In this document: piece by piece, positions 54,425-64,000 of the stretch
Layout of the letters: each line of letters starts with the position of its first letter
Position numbering within the stretch: position 1 is the first letter of the stretch
Assembly: GCA_964016885.1 (NCBI GenBank)
Contig: OZ024742.1
Location: forward strand, 81,716,001-81,780,000
Length of the DNA stretch: 64,000 bases
From: Eledone cirrhosa
Taxonomy: Eukaryota
Direction of reading: 5' to 3'
Program-made: the position numbers and the translations under genes
Notes under the pieces: model-generated
Seen by the model: only the letters and a program-made list of their open reading frames with translations
Database searches by the model: none
Told to the model about the DNA's origin: nothing

Positions 54425-54927
54425 TACCTCATTTTACTAGTCTCAAGAACGCGTCTACACGACGTGAGAAAGAATCCCAAAAGGCGGAGGGGGAGATAGT
54501 CACGCGATATAACGGTCGAGAAACAGAGCTAACCCTCTTATAACCACGAAGAAAATACCACGGAGGCGGAGGGGGTATTCATATCGAGGCCGTAGAAGAG
54601 GTAGTGAAGAAGGCGAGAAGTATGAGTAATGGAAGCTTTCCAGTTGTCCCCACACTTCAAAGATTGCTCGACCAGAGGGAGTTATTAATATATTTAAAAA
54701 CACACAGATACATGCGGACACACACATATATACATGAATGCATCCGCACCCAACTGTGAGTTAAGGGTGCCAACTTCACCGATGTTGCTCAATGAATGAC
54801 TGGGACAGACCAATTCAGTTTGAACCAGACTGAACCAGTATCAGAGTTAAAAATACATTATGAAGAGAGAAGAAACATTTAGATATAATTAGTAATAAAA
54901 TGTATCATACCTAAACTGTTCCTAAAT

Positions 54928-55015
54928 TCCTCGACTACGTAGTTTCGTGGCATAAACAAAAACAATATATCAAAGATATAGAGTCCTTGCGAGGTCTGCC
55001 AACTTATCAAGAGGA
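54928..55015 (-). ncRNA. Variant type I hammerhead (U3-A8), 591-bp family
   Basis: Identical to 54337-54424. Confidence 0.8.
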
Positions 55016-55518
55016 TACCTCATTTTACTAGTCTCAAGAACGCGTCTACACGACGTGAGAAAGAATCCCAAAAGGCGGAGGGGGAGATAGTCACGCGATA
55101 TAACGGTCGAGAAACAGAGCTAAGCCTCTTATAACCACGAAGAAAATACCACGGAGGCGGAGGGGGTATTCATATCGAGGCCGTAGAAGAGGTAGTGAAG
55201 AAGGCGAGAAGTATGAGTAATGGAAGCTTTCCAGTTGTCCCCACACTTCAAAGATTGCTCGACCAGAGGGAGTTATTAATATATTTAAAAACACACAGAT
55301 ACATGCGGACACACACATATATACATGAATGCATCCGCACCCAACTGTGAGTTAAGGGTGCCAACTTCACCGATGTTGCTCAATGAATGACTGGGACAGA
55401 CCAATTCAGTTTGAACCAGACTGAACCAGTATCAGAGTTAAAAATACATTATGAAGAGAGAAGAAACATTTAGATATAATTAGTAATAAAATGTATCATA
55501 CCTAAACTGTTCCTAAAT

Positions 55519-55606
55519 TCCTCGACTACGTAGTTTCGTGGCATAAACAAAAACAATATATCAAAGATATAGAGTCCTTGCGAGGTCTGCCAACTTATCA
55601 AGAGGA
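55519..55606 (-). ncRNA. Variant type I hammerhead (U3-A8), 591-bp family
   Basis: Identical to 54337-54424. Confidence 0.8.
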
Positions 55607-55876
55607 TACCTCATTTTACTAGTCTCAAGAACGCGTCTACACGACGTGAGAAAGAATCCCAAAAGGCGGAGGGGGAGATAGTCACGCGATATAACGGTCG
55701 AGATATAACGGCCTCGATATGAATACCCCCTCCGCCTCCGTGGTATTTTCTTCGTGGTTATAAGAGGCTTAGCTCTGTTTCTCGACCGTTATATCGCGTG
55801 ACTATCTCCCCCTCCGCCTTTTGGGATTCTTTCTCACGTCGTGTAGACGCGTTCTTGAGACTAGTAAAATGAGGTA

Positions 55877-55964
55877 TCCTCTTGATAAGTTGGCAGACCT
55901 CGCAAGGACTCTATATCTTTGATATATTGTTTTTGTTTATGCCACGAAACTACGTAGTCGAGGA
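55877..55964 (+). ncRNA. Variant type I hammerhead (U3-A8), inverted copy
   Basis: Plus strand: tcctc 55877-81, TTGATAA 55882-88, GAAAC 55946-50, GTC 55957-59, gagga 55960-64. Confidence 0.8.
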
Positions 55965-56033
55965 ATTTAGGAACAGTTTAGGTATGATACATTTTATTAC
56001 TAATTATATCTAAATGTTTCTTCTCTCTTCATA

Positions 56034-56106
<73 letters not shown>

Positions 56107-56318
56107 TGCTACTGTACGTCTGTATACATATATGTATGTACGTATACATACATACTTACATTTAAGTAAGTGCCATACTAAGAGTGAGAAATGAAATTTC
56201 GTTTTCATTTTTTTTTCAACTTGTCGTAATCGGTATGCCTGACCGATTTAACTCACTCAATATGCAAATTAGGCTGCTCAGCCGTTAATTTTCATAAGGA
56301 AAGTATATACTTTCGAAC

Positions 56319-56405
56319 GTTCAACTATCTGGCAGATGGGTAAACGGTGCTGATGATAGCTAACAAGCTTGAAACTAGTACATCGTTCCTGTGTCAGTGT
56401 TGAAC
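56319..56405 (+). ncRNA. Type I hammerhead ribozyme, 490-bp family copy 4
   Basis: As copy 2. GTA^ at 56380. Confidence 0.88.
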
Positions 56406-56560
56406 AAAAAGGTGACGTGGTTGCCTTAACACCGTATGGCATAAATTCAGGCTGTTCGATTTGTTGACAAACAAGCGAACAAAGCTGCGTTATAATAAAC
56501 GTCGGCTAAACTGATGCGTGCATATATGTATGTGTACCTGTATGCATATGTGTATATATG

Positions 56561-56593
<33 letters not shown>

Positions 56594-56808
56594 GCATGCT
56601 ACTGTACGTCTGTATACATATATGTATGTACGTATACATACATACTTACATTTAAGTAAGTGCCATACTAAGAGTGAGAAATGAAATTTCGTTTTCATTT
56701 TTTTTTCAACTTGTCGTTTTCGGTATGCCTGACCGATTTAACTCACTCAATATGCAAATTAGGCTGCGCAGCCGTTAATTTTCATAAGGAAATTATATAC
56801 TTTCGAAC

Positions 56809-56895
56809 GTTCAACTATCTGGCAGATGGGTAAACGGTGCTGATGATAGCTAACAAGCTTGAAACTAGTACATCGTTCCTGTGTCAGTGTTGAAC
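56809..56895 (+). ncRNA. Type I hammerhead ribozyme, 490-bp family copy 5
   Basis: As copy 2. GTA^ at 56870. Confidence 0.88.
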
Positions 56896-57044
56896 AAAAA
56901 GGTGACGTGGTTGCCTTAAAACCGTATGGCATAAATTCAGGCTGTTCGATTTGTTGACAAACAAGCGAACAAAGCTGCGTTATAATAAACGTCGGCTAAA
57001 CTGATGCGTGCATATATGTATGTTTATCTGTATGCATATGTGTA

Positions 57045-57139
<95 letters not shown>

Positions 57140-57233
57140 GCATGCTACTGTACGTCTGTATACATATATGTATGTACGTATACATACATACCTACATTTA
57201 AGTAAGTGCCATACTTTTCATTTTTGTTTTCAA

Positions 57234-57280
<47 letters not shown>

Positions 57281-57468
57281 CGAAGGATTTGTGGTAAGGA
57301 ACCAGATGGTCCATAACGCACCAGAGTACACAATACTTAGGGTAGCAGAGTGGGTAATAGTAAAATGTATGACCCCGGCGTCAGAGCTCAAACCGTTTCG
57401 ACCACTATTTCTGGATCAGAAATAGCCGTCAAAACGACTTGAGCTCTGCCCTCGGGGTCATACATTTT
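57281..57468. repeat. Short repeat with foldback junction; related copy at 52021-52155
   Basis: Arms ~57362-57413 and ~57417-57468 are inverted. Contains gtcGAAACGG. Flanked by (TA)n. Confidence 0.75.
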
Positions 57469-57473
57469 CCTAT

Positions 57474-57560
<87 letters not shown>

Positions 57561-57689
57561 TATGCTGTGAAATATTGATGTTGCATCCTTGATGTATATA
57601 TATATATATATATATACCTTAAGGATGCAACTTCACTACTTCACAACATGGATCGGTTGCAAAGGAAATTGTACTCTATGTCAACGCAC

Positions 57690-58300
57690 GCAAAACAGAA
57701 TATATTTGTTGCCTGAACCACGACTCCTCATTTGGATGCGAAGTCTAAAAGGCCATATAAACAAACAAGTTGACGACTTCAAATACTTGGGTAGCTATAT
57801 CGCCTACACAGAACATTATGTTAACATCAGACTGTGAAACGCCTGGGGAGCATTGAATTCAATGGAAAGAATATGGAAATTAAACCTGCCGACCAAACTG
57901 AAAAGGAATTTCTTCAGAGCTGCTGTGGAATATGTGCTTGTTTATGGCTCTATCACTTGGACGCTAACGTCAAAACTGAAGAAAAGGCTGGACGGGGCAT
58001 GCACACATATGCTCCGTGCTGATATAAAGTTTAAACGTATCTTGGAAGGAACACCCAACAAATATGGATCTCTATGGCAATATACCACCTATAAGTAGGT
58101 CAATACGTAAGCAGAGACTCAGATTTGCTGGCTATTATTGGCGCAACAAGGGAGAAATAGCAGGCGATGTACTGTTATGGAGTCCAGCTCATGGAGCAAG
58201 AAACGATGGTCGTCCCAAGGAGACATACGTCAAACAACTTCAGGACTACACTGGATGCACTGCAGAAGACCTGGCAAACGTTATGAGAGACAGAGATAGA
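57690..58300 (+). mobile_element. RTE-clade LINE 3-prime fragment
   Basis: [55 protein letters not shown]. Confidence 0.85.
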
Positions 58301-58634
58301 GATATTTTAAAATTGTTGGGATACAACAAGTAAATATTTTTATAATTGATATAAAGCACTCGACAAGTATTTGGAGTAGATATACGATATTAATAAATGG
58401 AAACTATATTTATAAAACCATATTTATTTCATTATACATGTGTTTGTGTGTTAAGTGTTTCCAGAGAAAAAGAATGCTCTATATATAAAACAGAGCTATT
58501 TAATTAGAAAGTGAACAGCACAATATATATAAATACTCATTTATCAAAAGTTTCAGGACTCTAGACGTATGTTAATATCGTCTGGAATACTAAAACCTTT
58601 GGTAGTGGAGTAGTCATATACGATATTGTTCACT

Positions 58635-58674
<40 letters not shown>

Positions 58675-58678
58675 TATG

Positions 58679-58724
<46 letters not shown>

Positions 58725-59315
58725 GTGTGCGTGTATATATGTATGTATATATATATAAATAATCATAATTAGAACTTAATTTAGACATATGCGTATGTAT
58801 TCTTTAAACTCATCATTGGTAAGTAGCGCGTGAAATCTACCTAAGTTTATATAACTTTAAAAGAAGTGCATAAATGTACATGTATCACTATGTATGTGTG
58901 TGCATTGGCGCGTTTGGAGGAGTGAAAATGATATTACACATATATACATATGTAGGAAATAGTGTATGCTAGAAATATATCTTTATTATAAATGCATTTC
59001 GAGATAAAGTTCATCAATAGACATTCTATTCTTGTTCACATCTGTACATGAGATTAATCGAATCCGAAGACTTGAAACAGCAATATAAGGACAGAATCTA
59101 AAATTAGTTGCAGAGTTGTCATTAAATCGCTCAACATCTTCTTTTAAAAATAGATGATTGGAAGATGATTGCATCAATTTCAGCAGTGACTATGGTTTCT
59201 TAATCAATATGAACCTCTCCAAATCACATCAGATTTCAATACTCGTCTTCCGGTCACTTTCTCCAGAAGTTGTACGTGTATATAAGTAAATGCCTTTGCA
59301 GATCTTTCTTCATAC

Positions 59316-59350
<35 letters not shown>

Positions 59351-59487
59351 ATTTGTGTGCGTGTGTAAGTGTGTGTGTATGTGTGTTTGCGAATATATGT
59401 ATGTATATATATATTTCATATATATATATTCATATAAGAATGTATATATATATATTTGTATATATAGATATATATAGATATATAGAC

Positions 59488-59676
<189 letters not shown>

Positions 59677-60117
59677 CACGTATATATAGTATATTATGCC
59701 AATAACCTAAAAGCGCAGTTTTTAGCATGTTTCCCCGGTATTGACAATGTCATCTGCCTGCATGATCTAAAAATGGATTGACATTTTCTGAGAACATCTC
59801 TGTAAATTTCGCCTATTAACGTCGGTAGAGTGAGGTAAATACGATGTTTCAAAGTAAAAGAAATGTACTTATTTTATTCACACCCAGCATCCATATACTT
59901 TACTGATTGAATTCTATAATATTTACTATTGAGAAACTATATTTCACATAGAAATACATGAAACAGAATCAATATATTGATCAGCATTTAAAGATAGAAT
60001 ATATAAATCTGACTCTTTAAATTCCCATAATTTTGCTACGATTCTTCCATATAATGTTAGATTCCATGGCAGAGTGAACATATCTGTAAGCATATTGTTA
60101 AACATTTTGATTTCTAA

Positions 60118-60203
60118 ATATTACTTATCTTTAAAATACTCAGCTACTACATGTATATATATATATACATGTGGTAGCTGTGTATTTTAAAGATAAGTAA
60201 TAT
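60118..60203. repeat. Short hairpin centred on (TA)n
   Basis: atattacttatctttaaaatac.cagctac.acatg(ta)n catgtggtagctg.gtattttaaagataagtaatat. Confidence 0.85.
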
Positions 60204-60204
60204 A

Positions 60205-60303
<99 letters not shown>

Positions 60304-60498
60304 TGTTGGTTGCTTAAATCGTCCGTATGCGGTAGGCCGTTTGAGCACTCATGCTCTCATAGAGTAGAGTATGCTATCACAAAAAAAGAAGAATCATTGT
60401 TGCGACGAATGGAATTCATTGGAGATATTACAACTGTTTCTATGGCGACCAGCCGTCGATGTAAAAGGACATTAGGAAAATCTGCTTCGTAGAATCAA

Positions 60499-60594
60499 GA
60501 CGTATCTGAGGACCTTGCGATTTTCAGAGTCATGTTCGATAATCACATCGATCGTGCCTCGAGCTTGTTGCCAGAGAAACCATTGTAATATGTC
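60499..60594 (+). ncRNA. Type I hammerhead-like fold with long stem II insertion
   Basis: gacgtat-CTGAGGA-ccttgcga...ttgccaga-GAAAC-catt-GTA^atatgtc. It lies inside an inverted-repeat element at 60375-60641. Confidence 0.6.
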
Positions 60595-60663
60595 CAATAA
60601 ATTCCATTCGTCGCAACAGTGATTGTCTTTTTTTTGTGATATATATGTATATATATATATAGA

Positions 60664-60903
60664 ATTAGGATTGGTGCTCTGAAATAGCGCTGTATACAGG
60701 AATATATGTATAGTATATTTGGCAATATACCGTATGTTTAATTAAACACATTTAGAATACCAGTTTTAAAGTAGTGACTATGTCACTTACATATATTCGG
60801 TGAAAGAAGGGAGAGAGGCTGGCAGACTGTTTCAGGGTGGCTGGCTTTCATCAGAATCACGCACTGCCCTAGATATATACGTATATATCTCGGGCAGTGC
60901 GTG
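60664..60903 (-). repeat. Diverged copy of the 310-bp hammerhead family, ending in a 46-bp palindrome
   Basis: Matches 7165-7365. Minus strand CTGATGA...GAAACAGTCTGCC. Palindrome at 60858-60903. Confidence 0.75.
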
Positions 60904-60918
60904 TATACGTACACGTAT

Positions 60919-61019
<101 letters not shown>

Positions 61020-61034
61020 TATATACATATATGT

Positions 61035-61959
<925 letters not shown>

Positions 61960-62466
61960 AGAAGAAGTTTATGAAATGGAAATGCGGGTATGAAGAATTT
62001 ATTAGGTAACAATTGTTTCTATAGTGTATGGGTTACCTATACCTCGCTATTTGAATAATATAAAAATATTATCTTAAACCGAAGGTACACTGTAAGCAAA
62101 CACACCATGACGTCAGACCTTTGTATTGGAATGATATGAAAATATTTTATACACTAGATAAAAGAGAAAGAAGGAGGTAGGAAGAGAAGGGGAAGAGGGA
62201 AGTGAGTAAGGTGGAGGGAGTCCTAGGATTTAAGACTGTCAGACTAGTAGAGATTGTAAGGAGAGAATGTTTTGGCAGCAGTTAGCTTAATGAGGCGTGT
62301 TAGGGTTGGCGGGGGAAGTAAATTCTTCTAGTGGTGTTGTTCGGACAAAATTTAGTTAAAGGGGTCAAAGTGGTACAGAGCTACAGACAAGTTATTGGGG
62401 CTATTATAGTAGCAGGTTATTTCTAAAGGGGTCCAGAAAACAGTGTTTAGTACTATTATTATTTAA

Positions 62467-62663
62467 ATATATATATATATTTATTTGGTTCCTTTACCGG
62501 TTTCGCAGTTCTTCTGCTTTTCAAAACTAGAGTTGAGATGGAGGGTCAGAGGTTTTTCTCAAATCTGATGTGAGAAAAATGACAGACACTCCATCTCAAA
62601 TCTACTTTTGAAAAGCAGAAGAACTTTGAAACCGGTAAAGGAACCAAATAAATATATATATAT
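62467..62663. repeat. ~195-bp foldback carrying two outward-facing U3-A8 hammerhead motifs
   Basis: Minus 62527-62492: TTGAAAA-GCAG-aagaa-CTGC-GAAAC-CG-GTA^aag. Plus 62605-62640: ctt-TTGAAAA-GCAG-aagaa-CTTT-GAAAC-CG-GTA^aag. Confidence 0.75.
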
Positions 62664-62697
62664 TCTTTTTAATTTAGACTCCAGTTGCATTTTCGAT

Positions 62698-62913
62698 GTT
62701 ACTTAAATATAAGTATGCATACGTACATACATATATGTATACAGACATACAGTAATATGTATATATATACATACATGCACATATATATCGTTCCTTTGTC
62801 AGTGTTGAACAAAAGGGCAACGATGCTTGCTCAACACTGTACAGCTTTATTCGGGATGTTTGTTATACATATTACTGTATGTCTGTATACATATATGTAT
62901 GTACGTATACATA

Positions 62914-62918
<5 letters not shown>
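62698..62918 (+). repeat. Older, deleted member of the 490-bp family with inverted 5-prime piece
   Basis: atcgttcctttgtcagtgttgaacaaaa from 62787. 62710-62760 is inverted relative to 62866-62918. Confidence 0.75.
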
Positions 62919-62987
<69 letters not shown>

Positions 62988-63011
62988 CATATATTTGTGT
63001 ATTTATGTATG

Positions 63012-63045
<34 letters not shown>

Positions 63046-63049
<4 letters not shown>

Positions 63050-63764
63050 ACCAGATTTACCCGGCGTTGCCCAGAGTTTGAAATTATGTTAAGAATATAC
63101 AGATAGGAAGTAAAAGAGGAACAATATTATTTGTCCTCAACCTGTCATAATAAGCAGAAGTCTTCAATAATTAATGCAAACGAATATTTAGTGCAATCTT
63201 TGTACATAATATTATGCTGATAATGAAGGAAAATTTTGTTTTAACTGATTTTATCATTGTAATAATAGTCTTTTTTTAATAAATTCACAATATCCTGGAA
63301 GCATAGATAACGCCTGCCTCAAATGTGGACGAAATTACTTTAAAAATGTAAAAGTAGTAGGTCCAAACCGTTTGAATGGAAAGTCCTATAAGGATTGTTT
63401 TTAGATTGATTTCTCACTTACAGCATACACTTTAGAAAAAACAATCTTCTTGTATTGCCTCGACGGCATAAGCAATTTCTGCCTCACATTTGGTAAAAAA
63501 CACTCGAAAAATGTAAAAGTAATTGGAACTTTTAATTTGCATGGAAAATCCCATAAGGATGTTGTCGTCACTGTTATCTCCTTTACATCATGCACTTCAG
63601 AAAAAATAATTTTGCTATCAATTTTTTATTGCTCAACGTGGGTCGATTTGAAAAATGTTTGTGATGTGACGATCTTAGCGACAGCAGGTGCAAGGTGCAG
63701 AGAAAGTTTGGTCAAATTCGGTTGCGAATTGTAAAAGCCTTAGCTGTCCAAAATGTTCCACTCA

Positions 63765-63837
<73 letters not shown>

Positions 63838-63841
63838 ACAT

Positions 63842-63897
<56 letters not shown>

Positions 63898-63920
63898 CCT
63901 CGTTTTTATATATATATAGA
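63046..63920 (+). mobile_element. DINE-1/HINE-like non-autonomous Helitron/Helentron element
   Basis: 5-prime tacccggcgttgccc motif, subterminal (CA)n and 3-prime tttttatatatatagat end, embedded in (TA)n. Confidence 0.6.
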
Positions 63921-64000
63921 TATATATATATGTTTCTCTGCTAGTTCTTTATATTTATATATTTATATACGTATTTATTTATTTTTGTTTTTGTTAATTT

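Larger units (their letters stand above)
54101..56038 (-). repeat. 591-bp hammerhead-bearing tandem array (~2.7 units) plus inverted ~330-bp copy, inserted in (TA)n
   Basis: Near-identical units start at 54101, 54692 and 55283. The inversion junction is at ~55703-55708. Confidence 0.95.
52461..57215 (+). repeat. Hammerhead-bearing ~490-510-bp tandem array (5 units, retrozyme/pLTR-like) with 5-prime inverted partial copy
   Basis: Inverted piece at 52461-52650. Units start at 52651, 53159, 53654, 56176 and 56666. Unit 3 is interrupted by the 591-bp array. Confidence 0.95.

Noticed and set aside
52651-57215. CRISPR-like or ordinary satellite interpretation of the tandem arrays
   Set aside because: There are no unique spacers and the context is eukaryotic. 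Units are long, carry ribozyme folds and have inverted ends.
58508-58637. Imperfect ~130-nt hairpin (pre-miRNA-like)
   Set aside because: Foldbacks from repeats are abundant here, and nothing supports miRNA processing without small-RNA data.

Overview
Repeat-saturated, AT-rich eukaryotic DNA. The SINE family, the (TA)n/(CA)n load and the retroelement mix suggest a cephalopod such as Octopus, which is an inference. I could not support any host protein-coding gene. 11-37 kb is a pile-up of non-LTR retrotransposons joined at (AAT)n tracts: Tx1/L1-clade elements and R4/Dong-clade RLE elements, one Dong ORF being one stop short of intact. Elsewhere there are several decayed Penelope-like elements (RT + GIY-YIG), a CRE-clade element, RTE fragments, SINEs and a DINE-1/Helentron-like element. 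The main unexplained signal is non-coding. Reading both strands by eye gives at least seven unrelated short repeat families carrying type I hammerhead ribozyme (HHR) folds. The clearest is a young nested array at 52.5-57.2 kb: five ~490-bp HHR units with a 591-bp HHR tandem array inserted inside. Several HHRs have unusual cores: a compensatory U3-A8 pair, a U-U mismatch at 10.1/11.1, and large stem II insertions. Most share a '5-prime inverted partial copy + direct copies, flanked by (TA)n' layout typical of Penelope-driven retrotransposition (retrozyme / pLTR-like). Folds were deduced by manual base-pairing, and no activity or expression is shown.
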